Counted from the first letter of the stretch, positions 29,082-38,854 are shown. The stretch: 54,138 nt of DNA from Alphaproteobacteria bacterium (GCA_045532865.1 JAZSGT010000045.1:1-54138), one strand, 5' to 3'. Numbers and translations are program-made. Notes: generated by a model not told the origin, from the letters alone.

Positions 29082-30002
29082 TTATTTTAAATAATTTTGA
29101 GGGTTAACGACCTTGGTTTTATAACGTAATTCAAAATGAAGTTGTGGTGTTTTAACGTTCCCAGAACTCCCAACAAGAGCAATATTTTGCCCCTTTTTAA
29201 CAGTCTGCCCTTTTTTAACCAATAATTTTTGGTTATGCGCATAAGCACTAATCCAACCACTTTTATGACGAATAAGCACAAGATTACCATATCCTTTCAA
29301 ACCATTCGAAGCATATCCTACCACACCAGCTTCTGCGGCTTTTACAGGAGAACCTGCTTTTGCTTTGATGTTGATACCGTCATTTTGTTGACCTTTAGCA
29401 TTCAGCCCAAATTTTGACACAACCGGCCCTTTAACTGGCCATAAAAATCTTTTTTTCGATTGCCAATAAGGGATTTTAGCACTTTTTCTTGCCACCCCTT
29501 TTGATTGTTTTTGAGGGGTATTATTCACTTTCAATGGTTCTTCTTTGGCATTGTCTAAAGCCGTATAAGTGTTGCGTTCTTTTGTTGAAGCCATTCGTGT
29601 TTTTTTGCTTGTTGTAACAGGTTTTTCGTCCAATGAAGCAACCTTTAACTCCTGCCCTAAATGAATGGTATATGGCTCTTTTAAATTATTCACTTTTGAA
29701 AGTTCATGCACACTCATATTGTATCTTTTTGAAATGTTATAAAGCGTGTCCCCTTTCACAACCGTATGCTTTTTAGGTTGTGGAATTCTTAACTTTTGCC
29801 CCACTTTTAAGGTATAAGGTTGCCTTAAATTATTTTCTTTAATCACTTCTCGCATTGAAAGATTATTTTTTTTTGTAAGGGAATAAAGCGTATCGCCTCT
29901 TTTCACATACAAAAACTCACCGTCAGAGTGATACCCTTGACAGCCCCCAAGCAAGGAAATACCCAAAATCAGTAATGAAAAACTTTTAACTATTTTCATC
30001 AT
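29082..30002 (-). CDS. LysM x2 plus M23 peptidase-domain lipoprotein (NlpD-like)
   Basis: LGGC lipobox; two VK.GDTLY LysM repeats; WPVKG, NDGINI (degenerate HxxxD), YAHN and HFE motifs. Confidence 0.9.
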   Translation of the reverse strand: MMKIVKSFSLLILGISLLGGCQGYHSDGEFLYVKRGDTLYSLTKKNNLSMREVIKENNLRQPYTLKVGQKLRIPQPKKHTVVKGDTLYNISKRYNMSVHELSKVNNLKEPYTIHLGQELKVASLDEKPVTTSKKTRMASTKERNTYTALDNAKEEPLKVNNTPQKQSKGVARKSAKIPYWQSKKRFLWPVKGPVVSKFGLNAKGQQNDGINIKAKAGSPVKAAEAGVVGYASNGLKGYGNLVLIRHKSGWISAYAHNQKLLVKKGQTVKKGQNIALVGSSGNVKTPQLHFELRYKTKVVNPQNYLK

Positions 30003-30085
30003 AAAAATGAGTTTAACGCTAAGTAGTTATAAAATCAAGCGTTATTTTTTTACATAAGAAACAATACGGACGAATATTTGTTTAT

Positions 30086-30565
30086 TTAAAGTAAAGAAGT
30101 ATCAGCCAAATGAAAAATTTTCTTTTTCAAGCGCATAGCTTTTTTCATTGCTTTATAAGCCCCACCCCAAGGGTAGGAAATATAACAAACCATAAAATCA
30201 CAAGTTTTTACCATAAATTCATTGCGTTTTCCAATTGCTGCTTTAAAGTGATACATTTTTTCTATATCAAAAAAAGAAATTTCATCAAAACCTTCTTCAC
30301 AAAAAAAAGCACCTTTTCCCCCCGAGTTCATACGTGTAGGGTATGGCAATAACAAATGTAATATAATATGAGGATATATGGTTTTAAGTTCTCTTGTAAC
30401 ACCTGCACACGTATCATCAAAGCGTCCATATGACCCAAACAAGAAAAAATCAACGCCTTCTTTTTCAATCAAATCAACCAATATATCTCGAACACGCGCC
30501 CTCATGTTATAGCTACTATATGTATCTCGATGACCAAAAAAAGTGCAAATTTTCCCCATAAACAC
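30086..30565 (-). CDS. SLOG-superfamily (DUF1273/YspA-like) protein
   Basis: CTFFGHR, G.YG.FD..CA, RNEFMV..CD and GGAYK motifs; GTG start 30565 or ATG start 30559. Confidence 0.8.
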   Translation of the reverse strand: MFMGKICTFFGHRDTYSSYNMRARVRDILVDLIEKEGVDFFLFGSYGRFDDTCAGVTRELKTIYPHIILHLLLPYPTRMNSGGKGAFFCEEGFDEISFFDIEKMYHFKAAIGKRNEFMVKTCDFMVCYISYPWGGAYKAMKKAMRLKKKIFHLADTSLL

Positions 30566-30614
30566 CCCAAAATCCTTATCTTTTGCAAAAAGATAAACCC
30601 ACCTAAAAGGAGGT

Positions 30615-30697
30615 GGGTGGATGTTCGAAACTATAACCGAAGAGTAAATAGTCCTACTTATTCAGGGTAAAACCCTTTATTTAGTAGGCATCCACCC
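30615..30697 (-). ncRNA. C4/CI-like antisense RNA candidate (83 nt) in the SLOG gene leader
   Basis: Closing stem 30615-30623/30689-30697; hairpins 30653-30688 and 30630-30652; loop and bulge complementary to 30780-30786 and 30795-30803. Confidence 0.55.
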
Positions 30698-30837
30698 TTT
30701 AAATATGTGTTAAACCATATTTTTTGTAGTGGATGCCATTTTGACTTTGGTTGATATTAAAATAATATAAACCATTGCCCTCTTCGATTATCGGGTTTCG
30801 AACCCCTAGTTGGGATTAGGCATTTCCCAACAGAAAA

Positions 30838-30866
30838 AGTATATCAACATTCATTTAACATTTCAA
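30838..30866 (-). promoter_or_regulatory. Sigma70 promoter for the structured leader and SLOG gene
   Basis: TTGAAA-17 bp-TATACT on the minus strand. Confidence 0.65.
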
Positions 30867-31032
30867 GCAGAAATTTTAAATTCCTCACAACTAACAATCC
30901 ATTTGGCAAAAAACTTTACTTTATAAAAACATTTTTTACAACATAATAAAATATCATTATTTTTTTAGGAAGGGTTGTTTTTTTTAACAATTCATTGTAA
31001 TATCCTTTCAAATAAAGGAAAGGTAAAATTCT

Positions 31033-32121
31033 ATGGAAGCCAAAACACTAAGAGTTGTCTCTTTATTTTCTGGAATAGGTGGTTTTGAAGAAGGAATAAA
31101 AAATTCTAAACTAAATGCAAAAATTATTTTTGCATCTGATATTGATAAATATGCCCAAATATCATACGACGCTAATTTTAACTCTGAAAATCTCGTTGGC
31201 GACATTAAACAAATCAATGAAAAAGACATTCCTGATCATGATCTTCTCTGTGGAGGTTTTCCCTGTCAATCTTTTAGTATTGCAGGAAAACAAAAGGGAT
31301 TTGAAGACATAAGAGGGACCCTTTTTTTTGATATTGTGAGAATTTTAAAAGAAAAAAAACCAAAATATATATTATTAGAAAACGTTAAAAATTTAGTAAG
31401 CCATGACAATTCCTCTACAATTAAAACAATACTTAGTACCTTAAACGATATTGGTTACACAATAGATTTCACTATTATCAACTCATATGAGTCTGGTGTA
31501 CCACAAAACAGAGATAGAACATACATCTTTGGTATTTATAATCATAAGACAGAAAAATATCAAAAAGATAAAAGAAATCCTAAAATAAATTCATTAAAAA
31601 CGGAGCTTAATAATAAAAATTTTCACAGCTTCAACTTTTTTAATAATGTCATATTTAAAAACAAGAAACGCTGTATCGCTGATGTTCTTGAAGACGAAGT
31701 TTTACCTTCATTTTTCATTGATACCGATAAAACACGAAACTTTTTAAAATCTATAAACATAAATGAAAACAATAACAAAGCAGATAGGATTATTAAACTT
31801 TTTGACCTTCCTCGCAATGTACATAATGACTTAGAACGTCAAAGGCGTGTTTACTCCATATATGGGATTTCACCTACAGCCCTTGCTAGATCTGATACAA
31901 CAAAAATTTTAGTAGAAACTAATCAAGGAAAAAAAATTAGAAAAATTACACCTAGCGAAAATTTTTATATTCAAGGGTTCTCAAAAAAGTTTGTTGACAA
32001 CATAAAAAAAGCTGGAATGAGTATGACTCAGATGTACAAACAATCTGGCAACGCTGTCAGTCCACCAGTAATAGCCGAAATAATGAATGAAATCGAGGAT
32101 GAATTTATAAAAAATGATTAA
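31033..32121 (+). CDS. DNA (cytosine-5)-methyltransferase M1
   Basis: FSGIGG (I), GFPCQ (IV), ENV (VI), QNRDR (VIII) and KQSGNAV (X). Confidence 0.97.
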   Translation: MEAKTLRVVSLFSGIGGFEEGIKNSKLNAKIIFASDIDKYAQISYDANFNSENLVGDIKQINEKDIPDHDLLCGGFPCQSFSIAGKQKGFEDIRGTLFFDIVRILKEKKPKYILLENVKNLVSHDNSSTIKTILSTLNDIGYTIDFTIINSYESGVPQNRDRTYIFGIYNHKTEKYQKDKRNPKINSLKTELNNKNFHSFNFFNNVIFKNKKRCIADVLEDEVLPSFFIDTDKTRNFLKSININENNNKADRIIKLFDLPRNVHNDLERQRRVYSIYGISPTALARSDTTKILVETNQGKKIRKITPSENFYIQGFSKKFVDNIKKAGMSMTQMYKQSGNAVSPPVIAEIMNEIEDEFIKND

Positions 32122-33073
32122 ATTTATCGACTTATTTTGTGGCTTAGGTGGTTTTCGAATTGCTTTTGAAAAAGAAGGTTGTAAATGTGTGTTTTCAAGT
32201 GATATTGATAAATATGCATGTGAAACTTATAATTTAAATTTCAATGATTACCCTAAAGGAGATATCACGAAAATTGACACAAAAGATATTCCAGATCATG
32301 ACATTTTGTGTGGAGGGTTTCCTTGCCAACCCTTTAGTTTAGCAGGAAAAAGAAAAGGATTTAACGATACCCGTGGGACATTATTTTTTGATGTATTAAG
32401 AATTTTAAAAGATAAAAAACCAAAAGCTTTTTTTCTAGAAAACGTTGCAGGCTTATCCAATCATGATCATGGGAATACAATTAAAGTTATTTTAGAAAAT
32501 TTAAAAGAAATAGGATATACTCCCATTTTTAAAATCATCAATGCAAAAGATGTTGGTTATCCTCAAAATCGCAACAGGTGGTATTGCATTGGCCTTCGCA
32601 AAGATTTATTTCCTGAAGCAGAAACAATGTCTTTTTCATTTCCCAAGAAAAAAGGCCTCAAATACACAGTTTATGACCTTTTGGAAAACAACGTTTCAAA
32701 AGACTATCAAATTACTCAAATTGCTAAAAATAATATAATAAATCACCTAAAAAAAGATGAAAAATTCAGTTTAAATTTACCTCTTATTGCTAATGAAATA
32801 AGAAGGTCTCGCTGTAATTTTAGGCAAGACGGTATATCCCCATGCTTAACTGCAAAAATGGGTACTGGTGGAAATAATATTCCTGTTTTGGTAAACGAAA
32901 TGAGAAAGTTTACCGAGCGAGAATGTTTACGGATAATGGGCTTCCCTGATAGTTATAAAATTAAAGCAAATTTTCATCAAAGCTATAAACAAATAGGAAA
33001 TAGTGTTATTGTCCCTATTATAACAGATATTGCTGAGGAATTAGTGAAAATAATTAGAAAAAAAGGATATTAA
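32114..33073 (+). CDS. DNA (cytosine-5)-methyltransferase M2
   Basis: FCGLGG, GFPCQ, ENV, QNRNR and KQIGNSV; overlaps M1 by 8 bp. Confidence 0.97.
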   Translation: MIKFIDLFCGLGGFRIAFEKEGCKCVFSSDIDKYACETYNLNFNDYPKGDITKIDTKDIPDHDILCGGFPCQPFSLAGKRKGFNDTRGTLFFDVLRILKDKKPKAFFLENVAGLSNHDHGNTIKVILENLKEIGYTPIFKIINAKDVGYPQNRNRWYCIGLRKDLFPEAETMSFSFPKKKGLKYTVYDLLENNVSKDYQITQIAKNNIINHLKKDEKFSLNLPLIANEIRRSRCNFRQDGISPCLTAKMGTGGNNIPVLVNEMRKFTERECLRIMGFPDSYKIKANFHQSYKQIGNSVIVPIITDIAEELVKIIRKKGY

Positions 33074-33118
33074 TACAATTACTTAAAAATTTTTATAAAA
33101 TATAAGGGAGGGGATATT

Positions 33119-34684
33119 ATGTCAAATAACAGTCATGGAAACAAAAATGAAATAGAAATAGTTAATTATCTTAATAATAAAAAAATTAAAGAATTGAACT
33201 TAAATTGTAAGGAATTTATTAAGTATATCGCAAAAACAAAAAATATACTGATAGAAAAATCAACACGTATATTTGCTGAATATGAAGAAAACAATAGATT
33301 AAAACAAGATTTTTATATTCGAATAGGTGACAAAAAATTTGGAATAAGCTGCAAAATGGGAAGTGGAAATTCTTGCCATCAAGAAAAAATAACCGATTTT
33401 ATCCAATACATAAAAGAAGAATTTAATGCAAGTGATGATATTTGCAGCGCATGGCTGTTTTTTATTTGGGCAGATGGGACAACAGATGGTTCAGGGAGTA
33501 AAGAAAAAGATTCTTCAGGGAAAATAAAATGTCGTTTTTCATCAAGTGTATTTAAAAAAAATTATCCTAATAAACGAAAGTTATTGCAACGTTTTTTAGA
33601 TAAAAATATAGAAGCTTTATTAACCCATGTCTTATTCGAAGGACGTTTTAATAGTTGTGTTGATTTTATTTATCATGGCACTTTTAAAAATGGGCGATGG
33701 ATTTCAAAAGAAGCCGTTATTGATTATCAAAAAAAACTTCACAAACACAAATCTAATACATGTTTAAACCTTGGAAATTTAAGTGCTCAAGCTTGGAATA
33801 TCTCTCAAAAAGGAACAAGCGAAAAAAAGCGTGGCGTTATTCAATTTAAATATTCTAAAATGAGTCAAGATTTTGATGCAATTATGAAAAATAGTTTAGA
33901 AAATATAGGCACGTTCCAAGGTAATATTGAAGAGTATAACTTATCCAAAATATTAAATTCGAATAAAACAAATCAAATGTGGAAAATACTTTTACCTTAT
34001 GAAAAGGATTTCTCTTCCTATTTCATAATAAAGGTATCAAATAAACAATATTCAGAACTAAGCAAAAAATATGTTTTACCCAAAAGTGATGCCTATATTG
34101 TAAAAGGCAATTTTTCAAACACATTTTTGCTTAGCAAAGAATTTAACATTGAGGAAGATGATATTAAAACTTTTGAATATAAAATTGTCAGCAATTCTGG
34201 AATTTCAATTAAAAAGAAGGATTCAAACACATACACAATTCAAAAACTAACAAGAAATTCATTTTTAAAATTATTTTCTATTTTGGATGATGCAAATTTC
34301 ATTATGGCTTCACTGCTGATATATAGCAATCCAAAAGAAACCTATAAAAACACCAAAATACTTAATGATTTTGGTTATACTGAAAATACATTTTTTAAGA
34401 AGTGTAAAAATGAAATGAATATAGAATATTCTAAAGACGATCAAACACTTTTTTGGAATACAATAAGACAACAAGGACAAAAAATTGTAAAAAAGACAAT
34501 TAAAGAAAATATAGAAATTTGGGAAAAAATATTTACAGGAAAAGGGTGGTTTAAAGATCCCTATTTTTCATCTTTTATTTACAGCCATGGTAAAATTCAA
34601 AAATGTATTTTAACTGATTTCTCAATCACAACGGGTTCAGGAAGAAGCAAAGGAATATACACCATTGAAATTCGACCCTGCTGA
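33119..34684 (+). CDS. Putative type II (asymmetric-site) restriction endonuclease with two nuclease-like domains
   Basis: Lies after two C5 MTases; KQDFYI...GISCK and KSDAYI...GISIK motifs. Confidence 0.75.
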   Translation: MSNNSHGNKNEIEIVNYLNNKKIKELNLNCKEFIKYIAKTKNILIEKSTRIFAEYEENNRLKQDFYIRIGDKKFGISCKMGSGNSCHQEKITDFIQYIKEEFNASDDICSAWLFFIWADGTTDGSGSKEKDSSGKIKCRFSSSVFKKNYPNKRKLLQRFLDKNIEALLTHVLFEGRFNSCVDFIYHGTFKNGRWISKEAVIDYQKKLHKHKSNTCLNLGNLSAQAWNISQKGTSEKKRGVIQFKYSKMSQDFDAIMKNSLENIGTFQGNIEEYNLSKILNSNKTNQMWKILLPYEKDFSSYFIIKVSNKQYSELSKKYVLPKSDAYIVKGNFSNTFLLSKEFNIEEDDIKTFEYKIVSNSGISIKKKDSNTYTIQKLTRNSFLKLFSILDDANFIMASLLIYSNPKETYKNTKILNDFGYTENTFFKKCKNEMNIEYSKDDQTLFWNTIRQQGQKIVKKTIKENIEIWEKIFTGKGWFKDPYFSSFIYSHGKIQKCILTDFSITTGSGRSKGIYTIEIRPC

Positions 34685-34738
34685 AAGATTTATTTTTTCT
34701 AACATCTGAATTTTAAAACAAGTTTTAGCAAAACAGAT

Positions 34739-34804
34739 AAAACCCCTTTTTTTAACCGTAGTGTACAAAAAAAAAGCGTACATAAGGTTGAAAAAGGGGT
34801 TTTT
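34739..34804. terminator. Long imperfect inverted repeat between convergent genes
   Basis: aaaacccctttttttaacc...gtac...gtac...ggttgaaaaaggggtttt. Confidence 0.55.
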
Positions 34805-34826
34805 AGATATCCTATAAAATTTGTTT

Positions 34827-35120
34827 TTATTGGATGCAGACTGTTGAAGCTGGAATCGTTATCATAAGCGAACCAGAAACGCCTGGATTGATTTGACAGG
34901 CTGATTGACCCATTGAACAGCCACAAGATGGCATTGGAGCTGCAGGAGCTACCATTGGACGAACAACTGGTGCCACTGGAGCGACAGGAGCTGGTGCAAC
35001 AACAGGTGCTTGCATTGGAGCACGTTCTTCATCAACAACGGTATAAGCCTCTGGCTCACCCAAATAATGGCAACCTGACAATGTTGTAAGAGCAAGTGCC
35101 ACAGCAAGAAGTTTTTTCAT
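34827..35120 (-). CDS. Small Pro/Ala-rich lipoprotein
   Basis: MKKLLAVALALTTLSGC lipobox; AGGAGG RBS. Confidence 0.85.
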   Translation of the reverse strand: MKKLLAVALALTTLSGCHYLGEPEAYTVVDEERAPMQAPVVAPAPVAPVAPVVRPMVAPAAPMPSCGCSMGQSACQINPGVSGSLMITIPASTVCIQ

Positions 35121-35212
35121 TAGATGTTTCCTCCTAAAATATTAAGCTTAACAGAAGAAATTATAACATGTTTATTTTTTGATTTCAAGAAAAATTTAAT
35201 CAATTTAAAGTG

Positions 35213-36190
35213 TTAATTTTTCCCTAGCTCTTTTTGATAAAGTTGATACGTTGTTTGAATAATGTTTTCAAGCGAACTGTGTTTTGGTTGCCAACCAAGC
35301 AATTCATTGGCTTTTAAAGAGACAGCCATCAATGCTGCAGGATCACCTGGGCGTCTATCCCCCATTTGATAATTCACCTTTTTACCTGTAACACGTTCAG
35401 CTTCATCAATCATTTCTTTTACTGAGTGGCCTGTTCCTGTTCCCAGATTTAAAATTTGACTTTGATTTTCTTTTTTCAAATACTCAAGTGCCAAATAATG
35501 AGCAAAAGCCAAATCAGAAACATGGATATAATCACGCACACAAGTACCATCTTTTGTGGGATAGTCAGAGCCAAAAACCGTCATTTGAGGACGCACAGAA
35601 AAAATCGTTTCCATAATAATGGGCAACAAGTTTTGAGGATTTTTTTCCATCCCTTTTACATCCCCTTCAGCATCATATCCCACAGCATTAAAATAACGCA
35701 ATGCAACAAATTTAATGTCTTTTAAACGGTCATACCAAGAAAGAACATCTTCAATTACCTTTTTTGAAAAACCATAAAAATTAATCGGGTCAAGTGGTGT
35801 TGTTTCATCCAAAATGGATCTATCTGGCATACCATAAACAGCAGCAGTTGATGAAAAAACAAAATATTTCACCTTATTTTTAACCATTGCATTTAAAACA
35901 TTGACTGTACCATTCAAGTTATTAAGCGCATACATATCTGGGTGCTCCATTGATTCACCCACTGCTTTTTTGGCTGCCAAATGAATAACACCATCCACGC
36001 CTTGCATTGCTTTTTCAAGCGTTGGAATATCCAAAATATCTCCTTCAACAAACTCAGCCTCATCAAACAAATTGATTGTTTGGCCTGTTGAAAGGTTATC
36101 ATAAACACGCACTTCAACCCCATGAGATAAAAGCTCTTTCACCACATGAGATCCAATATAACCTGCCCCACCAACAACCAATATACGCAT
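35213..36190 (-). CDS. galE: UDP-glucose 4-epimerase
   Basis: GGAGYIGSH, YGFSK, LRYFN, DGTCVRDYIHV and RRPGDPA; start moved to the ATG at 36190 after AGGAG. Confidence 0.95.
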   Translation of the reverse strand: MRILVVGGAGYIGSHVVKELLSHGVEVRVYDNLSTGQTINLFDEAEFVEGDILDIPTLEKAMQGVDGVIHLAAKKAVGESMEHPDMYALNNLNGTVNVLNAMVKNKVKYFVFSSTAAVYGMPDRSILDETTPLDPINFYGFSKKVIEDVLSWYDRLKDIKFVALRYFNAVGYDAEGDVKGMEKNPQNLLPIIMETIFSVRPQMTVFGSDYPTKDGTCVRDYIHVSDLAFAHYLALEYLKKENQSQILNLGTGTGHSVKEMIDEAERVTGKKVNYQMGDRRPGDPAALMAVSLKANELLGWQPKHSSLENIIQTTYQLYQKELGKN

Positions 36191-36192
36191 TT

Positions 36193-36804
36193 TTATTCTC
36201 CTTTTACTTTTTGATAATTTTGAGCCACAAACGCCCAATTTAAACATTCATGGACCACTTTTGACAAATACTCAGCTCTTAAATTTTGATGATCCAAATA
36301 ATAGGCATGTTCCCACACATCAATTGCCATCAAAGCATTTGTAAATCCTTTTGTTAAAGGTGTTTCAGCATTTGAAGATGTTATTACTTTTAAAACACCC
36401 CTTTCTTCAACAAGCCAAACATAACCACTACCAAAAAGCTTAACCCCTTTATCAATAAGTTCTTGTTTTAAAACATCAAAAGAGCCAAAATCTTTCATAA
36501 TTTTTTCCATCAAAAAAGAAGGAACTTCTTTTTTCTTTGGATCATTGGTTAAAGATGAAAAATAAATTTCATGATTATAAACTTGAGCTGCATTGTTAAA
36601 CAAAACAGTGTAAAGAGTATCCCCTGCTGCCCTTAAAATAATATTTTCTAAAGACAAATTTTCCATATCTGAGTGTTGAATCAATTCATTTGTCTTATTT
36701 ACATATCCAACATAATGTTTATCATGATGATAGAAAAATGTTTCTTTTGAAATAAGCGGCTCTAATGCGTCATAAGAAAATTCAAGTTCTTTTGCTTTAA
36801 TCAT
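36193..36804 (-). CDS. sodB: Fe/Mn superoxide dismutase (Fe-type motifs)
   Basis: YDALEP, HHDKH..YV, FNNAAQVYNH, FGSGY.WL and DVWEHAYY. Confidence 0.9.
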   Translation of the reverse strand: MIKAKELEFSYDALEPLISKETFFYHHDKHYVGYVNKTNELIQHSDMENLSLENIILRAAGDTLYTVLFNNAAQVYNHEIYFSSLTNDPKKKEVPSFLMEKIMKDFGSFDVLKQELIDKGVKLFGSGYVWLVEERGVLKVITSSNAETPLTKGFTNALMAIDVWEHAYYLDHQNLRAEYLSKVVHECLNWAFVAQNYQKVKGE

Positions 36805-36886
36805 CCCAATCTCCTTTTATTTTGCTAAATTATACACATATTATCACATAATAACAAGCAAAATAAAATGAAAGAGGAAAACTTTT

Positions 36887-38845
36887 TTAACGGGAATAAT
36901 TTCTTTGTTTTTGAACTTGTTTTAAAGGCAAAAACTGTTCTTCTTCATTTTGCATAAATTTCACATTTTCAACCCCAATAAATGAGGCAACATTTTGCCT
37001 TACTTTTAGCGCTTCTTTTTGTATCATTAAATAAGACTTAATCATATCTAACGATACATTTTTTTGAAACAAACACAAACTTTTCTTTTCATTTTTAGAA
37101 GCATTCAAAACAGCTTTTAAGGGTAAATTTCTTGCATCTAAACGCTCATATACTTCTGTTTTATAGCGTTTAGAAGTAATCTCATCCATCACACAACCAA
37201 CATATGTTTTTGCTTTTAAACACAAATGCGAAAAAGGCGTTTTTTTCAGTAAATTCTCAGCAACAACCAACCCTGTTTTTGTTTCAAAAAAAGCTGGTTC
37301 ATTTTGCATTTTGTTGCGTTTATCTTTTTTAAGCTCTTTTAAATATTCTCTTAATAAGTCGCAATCTCCCACCATTGAATAATCAACTTTAACATAAGAT
37401 TTTGGCTCTTTAATTGGAACACGATAAAAATCGTTCAACACCAAACGCTTCACATTATCAACCATTTCTCCATCTTCAACGGTATAAAGAGCCTTGTTTT
37501 GCTTATCAACTTTAAAATTAACACCATAGTTTTCATAAAAAGAAAGAACTTCTTCTTGCCTTTTAGATGGCAAATCCGACAAGCAAAGATGTACCTTGTC
37601 ATCCCCCAAAACAAGATGATTGATACAAAGCAGTGAAACATCCTCTTTTTCTGTATCGACATAAGCACATTTTTGATTAAGCTCATCCAAAAAAGCATCC
37701 GACAAAACCGTTTGTTTTTCTTTATTTTCACCAAAAACCTCTTTCAATAAATCTGGCATTTGAAAGCGTTTGAAAAAAACATTTTTAACCACCTCTTTTT
37801 GATAATGAGCTGAATTACAAAACGGATAACACTTTGGATAATAATCATAAATATCAAAAAATTCTTGCATCAATTTTTGTGATTGTTTTGGCGAAATATA
37901 ACCCTTTTTAACAAAATGAAGCAAGGCCCGATTTCTTGATTTTGTATCCATCAACACCATTGCTGAAAAAAGCTGTTTTGAACGAAACGCCGTCAACCGT
38001 TCCACCGTCATTGACGAAAATGAAGGATATGCCTCTTTTATTTGTTGTTTAACAATCAAAATCAAAGGCTTGGTCGGATAATCCTCACGCACAAATGATT
38101 CCATATAAAACGATTTTCCAAACTGTTCAGCTTCATCAATATACTGTATTAAAGGATAAAAAAAACGATCAAATTTTTGATACAAATGAGCCCGTTCTAA
38201 ATGTCCGAGTTCATGCAATACCGTTTCAAGCGAAGAAGCATCAAAAATATCACGATAAATAGAAATAGATTTTGTTTTTGCAATCGTTGTTCCAATTGAA
38301 TCCATCCTTAAAAAATACCCATTATCTGGAACAATATTCACACCTTCTTTTAAATGCACTTTTAACAATTTTATTTCATCAATAATATGTGGATAATCTT
38401 TTATGCTTTTTTCAAGCAATTCAAAAAAATCATCTTCATCTACATACAAATACGCATTTGATGGCAACTTAATACGTGGAAAATTAAAATTCTCAACCAT
38501 CCACTTTGCAACGCCTGAGGGAACTTTTAACTCCAACAAACGAGCCATTCTTTCAGTTTCTTTAACAACTTTGTTTGATGAATCTTGCTTTGAAAAAACA
38601 TATTTTGACCCATCATCCAAATCTAAAGAAAAATAAAGCTCATCATCATCTAACAAAAGCTCTCGTTGATAAGCTGGCAACTCATGAAACCATTGGCTAA
38701 CTGTTCGAATTTCTTTATATTTAAAATTTAAAGGTTTCAGCAACTCTGCAACAATTTGCGTTGCATTTTGCTCATTCACTTCCATTTTTTTAGCAATAAA
38801 ATCCAACAAGGAAAAAGGAACATTTTTTTCTTTTTTTATTGCCAT
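36887..38845 (-). CDS. Hypothetical protein with an HExxH zincin motif
   Basis: ETVLHELGHLE motif in a 652 aa ORF. Confidence 0.7.
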   Translation of the reverse strand: MAIKKEKNVPFSLLDFIAKKMEVNEQNATQIVAELLKPLNFKYKEIRTVSQWFHELPAYQRELLLDDDELYFSLDLDDGSKYVFSKQDSSNKVVKETERMARLLELKVPSGVAKWMVENFNFPRIKLPSNAYLYVDEDDFFELLEKSIKDYPHIIDEIKLLKVHLKEGVNIVPDNGYFLRMDSIGTTIAKTKSISIYRDIFDASSLETVLHELGHLERAHLYQKFDRFFYPLIQYIDEAEQFGKSFYMESFVREDYPTKPLILIVKQQIKEAYPSFSSMTVERLTAFRSKQLFSAMVLMDTKSRNRALLHFVKKGYISPKQSQKLMQEFFDIYDYYPKCYPFCNSAHYQKEVVKNVFFKRFQMPDLLKEVFGENKEKQTVLSDAFLDELNQKCAYVDTEKEDVSLLCINHLVLGDDKVHLCLSDLPSKRQEEVLSFYENYGVNFKVDKQNKALYTVEDGEMVDNVKRLVLNDFYRVPIKEPKSYVKVDYSMVGDCDLLREYLKELKKDKRNKMQNEPAFFETKTGLVVAENLLKKTPFSHLCLKAKTYVGCVMDEITSKRYKTEVYERLDARNLPLKAVLNASKNEKKSLCLFQKNVSLDMIKSYLMIQKEALKVRQNVASFIGVENVKFMQNEEEQFLPLKQVQKQRNYSR

Positions 38846-38854
38846 GAAAAAACC

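Noticed and set aside
29082..30002. Degenerate M23 zinc motif (NDGIN instead of HxxxD)
   Set aside because: Normal for NlpD-type amidase activators; not novel.
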